A stretch of 64,000 nucleotides of DNA from Bacillota bacterium (GTDB lineage: Bacteria > Bacillota > Clostridia > Christensenellales > SZUA-584): contig JAEWQS010000040.1 of NCBI GenBank assembly GCA_023399095.1, positions 3,225 to 67,224 on the forward strand, written 5' to 3'. The position numbers and the translations under genes are program-made. Of this stretch, positions 51,492-60,402 are shown piece after piece; the first letter of the stretch is position 1, and each line of letters starts with the position of its first letter. The notes beneath the pieces were generated by a model, which saw nothing but the letters and a program-made list of their open reading frames with translations, was not told where the DNA came from and did not search any database.

Positions 51492-53332
51492 ATCCTCACA
51501 TCCACATTTCCCGCGCTGCCGCCCGTTTCCTTCTCGAGACGGTTTTCGGCATTCAGCACCATCGTACGAGCCGTTAATGGCTTCACACTCACGCCTGCAA
51601 GATGATAACCCGTTTCATTAATCGTTTGCTCAAGGCGCGCCGAGTCTGCCTTCATTTCATCGCTTAGACGCATATCCTCAATATTAAACTCAACGCTTAG
51701 GCTCTTGCCGTTTGTCTTTATCAGCGTTTCCACACGGCCCATATACTGCGTATCAAGACCGAGAAGTATCAATATATTCTCCGGATCCACCGTCTTCTTG
51801 CCGCTGCGGTATCGATATACGTACAACTCGGCGGCTGTTTGCTGCTGCGGACCTGATTGCAAGGGTATTTGATAGCAATCGAATCGCCTGACCTCGTTCA
51901 TCATTGACATCTGTTTCTCTATCTGGTCAAACTTTGCTGCTACCGTTTCCTTAACTGTATTATCGGTATGTTCAATCAAAACCTTTAGCTCTTTTATCTG
52001 CTCCGGAAGCTCCTGAACGGCCTTTTTTAAGTGTACCGCCAGTTCGTCTGCGTCTTCGAGGTTTACAAACATGGCGAGCGCTTTACTCGTTATTTGCTCC
52101 GGCATTTCTTTTGGCGTTGCGGCGATTTTTTGCTGCTCCAGTATTTGGGCAGCCTTATCTGCTGTGCCTGCAGCAGGCATCTTGATGCTTTGCGCTTCAT
52201 TGAGCGGAGCGTTCGTTCTTGCCGTTAAATCTGTATCCAGTGTTGTCTCCGGTGCAGATGTGTGCAGGACTGCATGAGGGTTTTCGGCAGCATTTGCTGA
52301 TAGCGCCCCTGCATTTGCCGACTGAGAAACGGCTTGCGGATTCGCTTGGTTCGCAGGCGCGGCCTGACCATCGGTATTTTGGATCTGCGCTGCCGGTTGC
52401 GTTATCGCCTGAGCAGGCTCTGCATGAGGCGCAGCGGCATTCGTCAATGCGTTTTCAGCGGGTGCTGTCTGCCCGACACTTTGGCCTGCCGCCGTGGTCT
52501 CCTGTGTGGCAGGCTGCAATATGGTCTGTGTTTCGGCTGGTGTCTGCGATCCGGTCAGCGTTACTCTCACTGTATCAGTCTGCATTACCTCATTTGCGAG
52601 AGCCGCACTGACCTTTGCGGCACCGTCCGGAGTTTGAACGAGGTCAGCGGTTTGTGATGACATAGCGCGGGGTGTCTGTGCGTCCGTTGAAACCACAGCT
52701 TGCGCCAAGGAATCGGTACTCATCACAGGCTGTGCTGTTTGCGTCATAGATATGGTATTCGCCGCAGGCTGCATCGTCTGCGCTGTGGGTGCCAAAGAGC
52801 CTGCTTGTTCCTTACCTATATCGAAACTATGAATCAACTCTGTCAGCAGTGTGGTCACAGCTGTCATACCCTTAGCCATTTGCGAAACCGTTTCTATGTT
52901 TTCAGCGCTGCCGGTAATCCCGTGTTTCGAAAGAAACGCCGCTGCTTTGGGGTCTGCGCCCGGGTTGTTTTTCAGCATGACAAGCGTATTATGCAGCGCC
53001 TGTGCACGAGCCGAATGGTTTTGGGTTGTCAGTGTCTTCAAGTCATCCGCTTCCGATCCAAAAGGCATCTGACGCGAGATATCAAGCACACGGAGCACAA
53101 TACGCCCTCCGCTCGTGTCGTCTACCACTGTTTCCACATAGTCTCCGACGGAAACAGCAATATCGCTCATGAGCTTGGCTGTCAGCACTGCGCCGCCTTC
53201 CTGATTCTTCAAAAAAACCTGATCGCCCTTTAATTCCGTCACCTCGGCAACAAGAATATCTCCCTGCGTCAATCCCTGCCGCTGGGGACTTTCCGTTATG
53301 CTTTTGGGCATTCCTACGTGTTCAACTCTCAT
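51488..53332 (-). CDS. Second FliK-like protein (Flg_hook-type C-terminal domain; YlqG-like)
   Basis: 614 aa. N-terminal beta-rich module (GDILVAEVTELKGDQVFLKNQEGG...), about 250 aa of Q/A/T-rich low complexity, then the C-terminus LLGLDTQYMGRVETLIKTNGKSLSVEFNIED...LEQTINETGYHLAGVSV. This follows the L.L.P..LG.V.V.I...G..L.V.F pattern of the FliK C-terminal domain. Confidence 0.5.
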   Translation of the reverse strand: MRVEHVGMPKSITESPQRQGLTQGDILVAEVTELKGDQVFLKNQEGGAVLTAKLMSDIAVSVGDYVETVVDDTSGGRIVLRVLDISRQMPFGSEADDLKTLTTQNHSARAQALHNTLVMLKNNPGADPKAAAFLSKHGITGSAENIETVSQMAKGMTAVTTLLTELIHSFDIGKEQAGSLAPTAQTMQPAANTISMTQTAQPVMSTDSLAQAVVSTDAQTPRAMSSQTADLVQTPDGAAKVSAALANEVMQTDTVRVTLTGSQTPAETQTILQPATQETTAAGQSVGQTAPAENALTNAAAPHAEPAQAITQPAAQIQNTDGQAAPANQANPQAVSQSANAGALSANAAENPHAVLHTSAPETTLDTDLTARTNAPLNEAQSIKMPAAGTADKAAQILEQQKIAATPKEMPEQITSKALAMFVNLEDADELAVHLKKAVQELPEQIKELKVLIEHTDNTVKETVAAKFDQIEKQMSMMNEVRRFDCYQIPLQSGPQQQTAAELYVYRYRSGKKTVDPENILILLGLDTQYMGRVETLIKTNGKSLSVEFNIEDMRLSDEMKADSARLEQTINETGYHLAGVSVKPLTARTMVLNAENRLEKETGGSAGNVDVRI

Positions 53333-53563
53333 TTTCTCTCGCCTTTTTCAAAAATTTTCGCATATTTTGCGTTTCTGTCGGTTTATATCGGGTTATAATT
53401 GTAATGCGTCTATGTGTATGGCTTCTCTATAGTTATATATCGGATTTTTTAAAAAAGCTTAATAGGCTTATTGTTTAATTCGATATATAAAATAGCCAGT
53501 AAAAATACAAGGCGTTTCTGATTTTGATATATATACCGAAAATACTACGTGAATGGAGCAACT

Positions 53564-54187
53564 ATGTTTAATCAAGGAGGGATACCAAGCGACCAGCTTG
53601 ATTTTCTGAAAGAGCTGGAGAACATCGGCGCGGGACATGCAGCCACGGCGCTGGCGTCCATGCTCGGCCACGAAGTCAATATCAGCGTCCCTCACGCCCA
53701 GTTTTGCCCATATGAGCAAATCAGCGATATTCTTGATGGTCCGGAAACAGTGGTTGCCGGTCTGTTGGTGGGCATTTCAGACGATTTAGACGGCTATATA
53801 CTGCTCGTGCTTAAGCGCGACGACGCGTATGAATTAACCAAAACAATTATCAGCCAGATGGGTTGTGAGGTTGATGAGAGCGGCGAATTCAATGAGCTAC
53901 AGGTTAGTGCTCTTAAGGAGTTGTCCAATATTCTCATTGGCTCATACCTCTCTGCTATATCATCTCTGACCGGGCTTAGAATTGATGCATCCGTACCGGA
54001 GCTCGTTATGGATATGTCGGGCGCCGTATTAAATCTTCTTGTTTCGGCTTACGGTGAATATGGTGACAATGTGCTTTTCATGGAAACAGAATTTATGGAA
54101 AGCGAACACAGCATTTTCGGTCATTTCTTTCTGATCCCGAATGTGGATTCCTACAACCGGCTTATGGCACAAATGGGGTTGGCATGA
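53564..54187 (+). CDS. cheC: CheY-P phosphatase CheC
   Basis: The ATG at 53564 (after GGAG) is preferred to the GTG at 53549. Motifs DFLKELENIGAGHAATALASML and a second repeat ALKELSNILIGSYLSAIS. Confidence 0.85.
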   Translation: MFNQGGIPSDQLDFLKELENIGAGHAATALASMLGHEVNISVPHAQFCPYEQISDILDGPETVVAGLLVGISDDLDGYILLVLKRDDAYELTKTIISQMGCEVDESGEFNELQVSALKELSNILIGSYLSAISSLTGLRIDASVPELVMDMSGAVLNLLVSAYGEYGDNVLFMETEFMESEHSIFGHFFLIPNVDSYNRLMAQMGLA

Positions 54188-54669
54188 GCATATTCACTAT
54201 TGGGGTTGCGGAGCAAAAGATCGTCAATTCGCCGGACAAGCTTGTGACACTCGGGCTTGGTTCGTGTATAGGACTGGTTTTATACGACCCCATCGCAAAA
54301 ATTGGCGGCATGGTGCACATTATGCTCCCCACCGCAACGGCTCATTCTACAGTCACTAACAGATTTAAATTTGCAGATACAGCCATCGTCGACATGATTG
54401 ATCTGATGATGAAGACCGGGGCATCTCGCTTAAGACTCCGTTCCAAAATGGCAGGCGGGGCGCATATGTTTAAAACCTCGGGGGCGATTGATATCATGAA
54501 TGTCGGTCAGAGGAATATAGCCATGTGCCGCAAAGTATTGGAGGAAAGCCGCATCACTCTTGACGGCGAAGATACCGGTGGCAGCAGCGGGCGTTCCATC
54601 GAATTCTGCCCTGAAAGCTGCCAGCTTTCCATACGCACCGTGTCTCCCAAAGCTTTACGTATTATTTAG
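54184..54669 (+). CDS. cheD: Chemoreceptor glutamine deamidase CheD
   Basis: 161 aa: LVTLGLGSCIGLVLYDP...GGMVHIMLP. Confidence 0.9.
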   Translation: MSIFTIGVAEQKIVNSPDKLVTLGLGSCIGLVLYDPIAKIGGMVHIMLPTATAHSTVTNRFKFADTAIVDMIDLMMKTGASRLRLRSKMAGGAHMFKTSGAIDIMNVGQRNIAMCRKVLEESRITLDGEDTGGSSGRSIEFCPESCQLSIRTVSPKALRII

Positions 54670-54730
54670 CGCCGCTTGACGGCTAAGCTCAAAAAACTTA
54701 AACCGCTAAACAGGAGGTTACAAAAAAAAC

Positions 54731-55087
54731 ATGAAAAAGGTACTGATCGTCGACGACGCAGCATTTATGAGGGTCTCCATTAAAAACATGCTTACCAAGA
54801 ACGGATACGAAGTTATCGGTGAAGCTGAAAACGGAAAAATCGCCCTGCAAAAATATCAGGAATTGGGACCTGATGTCGTCACAATGGATATCACCATGCC
54901 GGAGATGGACGGCCTCACCAGCTTAAAGAAAATTCTTGAATTGGATCCGGGCGCCAATATCGTCATGATCAGCGCTATGGGTCAGGAAAGCATGGTCAGA
55001 GAAGCGGTTCTTTCTGGCGCAAAGGGTTTCATCGTCAAGCCTTTCAAAGAAGATGTGATTACTGCGGCGCTCAATAATCTGCCGTAA
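54731..55087 (+). CDS. cheY: Chemotaxis response regulator CheY
   Basis: 118 aa: KVLIVDDAAFMR...DVVTMDITMPEMDG...ISAMGQ...GAKGFIVKPF. Confidence 0.9.
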   Translation: MKKVLIVDDAAFMRVSIKNMLTKNGYEVIGEAENGKIALQKYQELGPDVVTMDITMPEMDGLTSLKKILELDPGANIVMISAMGQESMVREAVLSGAKGFIVKPFKEDVITAALNNLP

Positions 55088-55139
55088 TTTTATGCTTTCT
55101 GATTTAAGGGTCTAAACTTAAAAGAAGGGGGAAATTAAT

Positions 55140-57146
55140 ATGTCCGCAAACGATTCAATACTTGATATATATCTGTATGAAAACGGTCAGCTGCTTGATA
55201 ACCTTGAGTCTTTGCTTTTGGTTTGTGAAAAAAGCAGTACGTTTACTTCGGAACAGATTGCAGATATCTTTCGTATACTTCACACCATAAAGGGCGCATC
55301 AGCGATGATGAACTTTGACAACATCACCGGTCTTTCCCATGTTCTTGAGGATCTTTTTGGCTTTTTGCGTGAGCACAAGGCCCGAAAAAAAGATTACCGT
55401 AAGATCAGTGATCTTGTATTTACGTCTGTGGATGCAATAAAAGCTGAGTTTGAAAAAATACAAAACAGTGGCCTTCCGGATGGAGACTTATCAAATATCA
55501 CTGAAGATGCGCGTGCATTCTATAAAATTCTCACCTCCGGGAAGACGGAACCCGAATCAGGTTCAGAAGAGGTCCCTGCCACTGCGCCGCCGACAGCTTC
55601 CGGCAAGGCCGGTAATCACCGCTATAAAGCACATATCACATTCCAAAAAGACAGCAAAATGGAAAACATACGTGCGCTGGGCATTGTAAAGTCTCTTGAG
55701 AAGCTTTGCTCCAGTATTGAAACGATACCGAGTGACCTGCTTGGCGATCATAGTGATGATGAAATTACCGCAAACGGCTTCGATTTGCTTTTGGTGTCGG
55801 ACCAGCCGGTCAATGTGATTACAAGCAAAATCAGAGAAGCCTTCTTTTTAAAAGACTGCCATTTTGAGGAGGTTTTCGAGAAGCAAGACGATATCAAGGC
55901 CTCAAAGAAGGAAGAAAAGAAGACAAAAATAGAAAAGTCCGATATTTCGGCCATCAATGCCGAAGTTTCACATAATTTAAAACAAAGCTATATGAGCGTC
56001 AACCTAAGCAAGCTTGATGCGCTTATGGATATTGTCGGTGAAATCGTGATCACCGAGTCCACAGTGACGAAGAATCCTGAAGTCTTAAGGCTCGGGCTTG
56101 ACAGCTTCGATAAGGCAGCTCGTCAGCTGCGCAAGCTCACAGACGAATTGCAGGACATCGTCATGGCAATCCGTATGATTCCCGTATCTGCCACATTCCA
56201 CAAAATGGAACGCATTGTGAGAGATATGTCTAATCGTATCGGCAAACAGGCCGAGCTCGTTATCATCGGTGAGGATACGGAGCTTGATAAAAACGTCATC
56301 GACAATCTGTCCGATCCTCTCATGCATATCATCCGCAACGCCATGGATCACGGTCTTGAAACTGCCGAGGAGCGCATAGCGCAGGGCAAAGATCCCAAAG
56401 GCAGAATCACGCTTGAGGCGCATAACTCAGGCAGCGACGTGCTGATCGGCATATCCGATGACGGACGCGGTCTCAACAAAGAAGCGCTGATCGACAAGGG
56501 TATTAAAAAGGGCCTGATCAAAAAGAGCCCTGCCGACGTAACCGACAAGGAAGCCTACTCGCTGATTTTCGCACCCGGTTTTTCTACCAAAGAGCAGGTC
56601 ACCGAGTTTTCAGGCCGAGGTGTCGGCATGGACGTGGCCATGAAGAATATCGAAAAACTGGGCGGCGCGCTTGTGGTTGACAGTAAGCCGGGCAACGGAA
56701 TGAGCGTACAGATTCGCATACCGCTTACGCTGGCCATTATCGAAGGCATGCAGGTTAGCGTCGGCGGGAACATATTCATCGTGCCTTTGCTGTCCATCAA
56801 AGAATCGTTTAAGCCAAAGATGCGCGATATCGCCAAAGACCCCGACGGCAACGAAATGATCACTATGCGCGGCAACTGCTACCCCATACTCAGACTGCAT
56901 AAGGCGTTTAATATCGATTCTGATGTGACATCGTTCGAAGACGGTATACTCATCATTTTGGAAACACAAACGTTGACATACTGCCTGTTTGTCGATGCGC
57001 TCATCGGTGAGCAGCAAACGGTGGTGAAACCTCTGCCTGTCTATATTTCAAAAATCCTCGGTTCATCCAAGAGCATAGCAGGCTGTACGATTTTAGGAGA
57101 TGGGAGTGTCAGTCTCATATTAGATATTAATGGACTGATGAGTTAA
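55140..57146 (+). CDS. cheA: Chemotaxis histidine kinase CheA
   Basis: 668 aa. P1 FRILHTIKGASAMM; N box HIIRNAMDHGLE; G boxes DDGRGL and GRGVGMD; CheW-like C-terminus. Confidence 0.95.
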   Translation: MSANDSILDIYLYENGQLLDNLESLLLVCEKSSTFTSEQIADIFRILHTIKGASAMMNFDNITGLSHVLEDLFGFLREHKARKKDYRKISDLVFTSVDAIKAEFEKIQNSGLPDGDLSNITEDARAFYKILTSGKTEPESGSEEVPATAPPTASGKAGNHRYKAHITFQKDSKMENIRALGIVKSLEKLCSSIETIPSDLLGDHSDDEITANGFDLLLVSDQPVNVITSKIREAFFLKDCHFEEVFEKQDDIKASKKEEKKTKIEKSDISAINAEVSHNLKQSYMSVNLSKLDALMDIVGEIVITESTVTKNPEVLRLGLDSFDKAARQLRKLTDELQDIVMAIRMIPVSATFHKMERIVRDMSNRIGKQAELVIIGEDTELDKNVIDNLSDPLMHIIRNAMDHGLETAEERIAQGKDPKGRITLEAHNSGSDVLIGISDDGRGLNKEALIDKGIKKGLIKKSPADVTDKEAYSLIFAPGFSTKEQVTEFSGRGVGMDVAMKNIEKLGGALVVDSKPGNGMSVQIRIPLTLAIIEGMQVSVGGNIFIVPLLSIKESFKPKMRDIAKDPDGNEMITMRGNCYPILRLHKAFNIDSDVTSFEDGILIILETQTLTYCLFVDALIGEQQTVVKPLPVYISKILGSSKSIAGCTILGDGSVSLILDINGLMS

Positions 57147-57151
57147 CAAGC

Positions 57152-58228
57152 ATGAGATATGTTCCTATTAACCATCTGCGCTCCGGACAAAAGCTGGCAT
57201 CAGATTTGGTTGTATCAAGAAACCGCATCCTTCTTCGTAAAGGACGTGTATTAACCGATTCTCTTATCAGAAAAGTCGCTTTGCTGGGTTATCAGGGGCT
57301 ATATATTGACGATGAATTATCCGAAGGCTTATATGTGAACGACCTCGTCAGTGCCGAACTCAAAATGACGATGAAGAACGAGCTTCAGGCACTGCTCGAT
57401 ACCACGCGTATGAACCGTCCGTCTGCTTTCCGGCTGCGTATGCAGACGATCAACAAACTTCTTCAATGCACAATCGATGAAATTTTGCACAGCAGCCAGG
57501 TGATGGTCAATATGATTGACCTTAGAACCTACGACGACTACACCTACAGTCATAGTCTCAATGTCTCCATTTTATCAGTGGTGATCGGCATCACGCTTGG
57601 TCTCAACAAAAAAATGCTTAATCAGCTTGCTCTTGGCGCTTTATTGCACGATACCGGAAAAATGTTCATTGACAAAGATATACTCAACAAACCCTCGCGG
57701 CTCACACCCGAAGAATTTGAAGAAATCAAGAAGCACAGTGAACGCGGATACATCTACTTAAGCGATTATCTTGATATCCCCGACAGCGCGCGCACCACCG
57801 CCCTGCAGCATCATGAGCAGTTTAACGGCAAGGGGTATCCGCACGGGCTCTCCGGAGAGTCCATTCATCTGTTCGGGCGTATTGTGGGTGTTGTGGATGT
57901 TTTCGACGCACTCACCGCTGACAGGCCGTACCGAAAAGCCATGCTGCCCTCAGACGCCATTGAATACATCATGGGCGGATACAACTCCATGTTTGACCCG
58001 AGCATTGTCAACGCGCTCACAAGAAAGGTGGCGCCATATCCGGTGGGCACATGCATCCGGTTAAGCACAGGCGAAACCGCCATTGTCACCAAGAATTACG
58101 AATTCGCAAGCATGCGTCCGATGGTTAAGCTCGTTGTGGACGACAAGCCGACGGAAACGTATCTTGATCTCGCGCACGACCGTAATGCGCTTAACATCAC
58201 AATCAAGGAAATTGTCAACATCGGCTAA
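57152..58228 (+). CDS. HD-GYP domain protein (putative c-di-GMP phosphodiesterase), last gene of the che operon
   Basis: 358 aa: HSLNVS...GALLHDTGK...HHEQFNGKGYPHGL...D.FDALT.DRPYR. Confidence 0.85.
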   Translation: MRYVPINHLRSGQKLASDLVVSRNRILLRKGRVLTDSLIRKVALLGYQGLYIDDELSEGLYVNDLVSAELKMTMKNELQALLDTTRMNRPSAFRLRMQTINKLLQCTIDEILHSSQVMVNMIDLRTYDDYTYSHSLNVSILSVVIGITLGLNKKMLNQLALGALLHDTGKMFIDKDILNKPSRLTPEEFEEIKKHSERGYIYLSDYLDIPDSARTTALQHHEQFNGKGYPHGLSGESIHLFGRIVGVVDVFDALTADRPYRKAMLPSDAIEYIMGGYNSMFDPSIVNALTRKVAPYPVGTCIRLSTGETAIVTKNYEFASMRPMVKLVVDDKPTETYLDLAHDRNALNITIKEIVNIG

Positions 58229-58243
58229 TTGGTTAAAAAACAA

Positions 58244-58283
58244 ACACGCTTAGGACATAAAATAACCTAAGCGTGTTTTTATT
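58244..58283 (+). terminator. Rho-independent terminator of the che operon
   Basis: ACACGCTTAGG-acataaaataa-CCTAAGCGTGT followed by TTTTTATT. Confidence 0.75.
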
Positions 58284-58325
58284 CAGCATCCTCCAAAAGA
58301 CAAAGTTTTTATGGGGAAAGTTTCA

Positions 58326-59207
58326 TTAGAATATTACACCAAATTGTAACCAAAATATAATCGTTGCTATAAGGACAAAACAAACTCCCCAGGATATAAT
58401 TATAAAACGTTTCCATGCGAGCTTATCTTCTTTTTGTACATCATCGCTTCTCTCAACGTTGTTTTTCTTTATGAATAGTCCTGCAAGAACAACTATAGTA
58501 ACAAGAACACCTAAGATAACCGGAATCAAACCAATACCGGGTATCAACTGATTCCAATCAAAGGATATCCATCCAATCAATTGTAAGATAAAGGCATAGA
58601 TAAATAGGCTTAATTGATTCTTGCGAGAAATTTGTTTGTTTCTGCTAAGAACGTGAGTAGAGTATTTTATAAAAATAGAATTAAATAATATAATGCCGCC
58701 TATCATCAATATTCCAAGGAGTGTAATGACTAAATATCGAGTTGTTTCACTTGGAACCATTGAATATATTAGAGCATAATCTCCAATACCTCCAATATAA
58801 ATGGCATCGAAAAAGAAATAAGGTATACTGTCCATAAATGCCGTAAAAGCTAGAATGAGAAATGTTAATGATAGAAGGTTATTGTTTCGGAAGCGATGGC
58901 TTAAAATGAAAAAAACGATAGCGAGAATTGTTGTTACAATAATGCCACCTAATAATACAATTATTACAGAGGGTATGGATAGATTCAGACTATTAATCAT
59001 GGCATAACCCATTCCATCAATGAGTATGCCAAAACCATCAAATGTTCCACCTAATAAAGAACAGGATAAACCGTGTCCGACAATTTCATGGAAAATTACA
59101 CTCATTATTGTTCCAATATAAATAATGGGCAGTAATTGTAGGGATAACAGTAATAGGTCTTTGCGAAAAGTGTTTTCTAATAATTGCTTTGAGTTTTTTA
59201 ACGGCAT
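58326..59207 (-). CDS. Polytopic membrane protein with an HEIVGH motif in its first TM region (AT-rich gene)
   Basis: 293 aa, about 8 hydrophobic segments. FHEIVGHGLSC might be a metal-binding or peptidase-like motif. No family recognised. Confidence 0.5.
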   Translation of the reverse strand: MPLKNSKQLLENTFRKDLLLLSLQLLPIIYIGTIMSVIFHEIVGHGLSCSLLGGTFDGFGILIDGMGYAMINSLNLSIPSVIIVLLGGIIVTTILAIVFFILSHRFRNNNLLSLTFLILAFTAFMDSIPYFFFDAIYIGGIGDYALIYSMVPSETTRYLVITLLGILMIGGIILFNSIFIKYSTHVLSRNKQISRKNQLSLFIYAFILQLIGWISFDWNQLIPGIGLIPVILGVLVTIVVLAGLFIKKNNVERSDDVQKEDKLAWKRFIIISWGVCFVLIATIIFWLQFGVIF

Positions 59208-59239
59208 ATTGAAACTCCTTTTAATGATTTAATACCTAA

Positions 59240-59270
59240 ATCATAAACCGTCCAGTAACTGGAGAGTCAA
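59240..59270 (-). promoter_or_regulatory. MerR-type promoter (19-bp spacer) with a central dyad operator
   Basis: Minus strand reads TTGACT (59270-59265), 19-nt spacer, TATGAT (59245-59240). The spacer contains the perfect dyad CCAGT-N1-ACTGG (59252-59262). RBS AAAGGAG and the ATG at 59207 follow. Confidence 0.6.
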
Positions 59271-59291
59271 TGCTGCTAAACCAAAAAAATT

Positions 59292-60107
59292 TCAACTTTT
59301 ATTTTCTATTAGGATCTGGAGTTCAAAATGCTCTGTATCTTTAAAAACTTCATTGATTAATTCAACCTGTAATATTTGAAGAGGATGATAGTTTTTAGTC
59401 TCTATATAATTATTTAATAATAAAAGCTGCTCTTCATAGGTGTTTTGAGAATAACATATACATAGAAATTTTCCGCCTGGTATTTCAATAAGATCTCTAG
59501 TGTTTGAATTATCTTTAAGCTTAATAGAACAAAAATACCGGGTAGGTATATAAGCCGAATCCACCATTTCATACAGGCAGCCCGATTCGTAGGTATTCAT
59601 TAAGTTATTTTGTTCAATGATTTTATATAGTTTTGAATAAGCCATCATAAGACTGTTTTTTGTCCGCATGTTCTCTAAAGGACATGTAAGAACATACCGG
59701 GTATCTATGTACTTATAAAAAACGGAACTATTTAATAAAGAAGCTTTTGATTCTTCTATATTGGATTTTGCAGTATCTATCAAAGAAATCGCGTTTCCAA
59801 TTTCTAAAATTTTTTTGCTCAATTCTTTTTTTTGCTCACTAAGAAAACCAATAAGTGCATCTGTATCTTGATCCTTAATGATTTTAGCCATATCTTTTGT
59901 ACTAACTTGCATTGATTTCAAAGCTTTCACAATATCAATTAGTATAAATTGATCTGCAGAATAATATCTGTATTTAGTAAACGGATCTATATAATATGGT
60001 TTTATCACTCCGATTTCATCATAGAATCGTAGGGTTTTTATATTGATACCTTTTAATCGTGATATTTCACCAATTGAGAATAAATTATTTTTCATGATCT
60101 CGCTCAC
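59292..60107 (-). CDS. MerR-family transcriptional regulator with a C-terminal effector-binding (GyrI-like) domain
   Basis: 271 aa: FSIGEISRLKGINIKTLRFYDEIGVIKP...YRYYSADQ, plus a C-terminal half of about 150 aa. Confidence 0.8.
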   Translation of the reverse strand: MSEIMKNNLFSIGEISRLKGINIKTLRFYDEIGVIKPYYIDPFTKYRYYSADQFILIDIVKALKSMQVSTKDMAKIIKDQDTDALIGFLSEQKKELSKKILEIGNAISLIDTAKSNIEESKASLLNSSVFYKYIDTRYVLTCPLENMRTKNSLMMAYSKLYKIIEQNNLMNTYESGCLYEMVDSAYIPTRYFCSIKLKDNSNTRDLIEIPGGKFLCICYSQNTYEEQLLLLNNYIETKNYHPLQILQVELINEVFKDTEHFELQILIENKS

Positions 60108-60402
60108 TTTATACTATCAGAAGGGTCTGCTTGATAATAAATAATATCGTTCACTTTCTTAACATTTCGAATAAATTAAATTTATGATTTTTAATAATTA
60201 GGGTCTGCTGATCTACACAACGATCTGAGCACGGCCAATATCAAAGTACCCGTGTTGCAAAATCTGTGTAGGATCAGCAGCTTAAAAAATGTCGCAAAGA
60301 AGACGTCATCTTCTTATAAATGTTCATTATGTGCGTCTCACTGATACAGTAAATCACCTTATTTTTCCTTCGTTGCTAGGTTTTTGTGTTGTTCAGTTGA
60401 CC

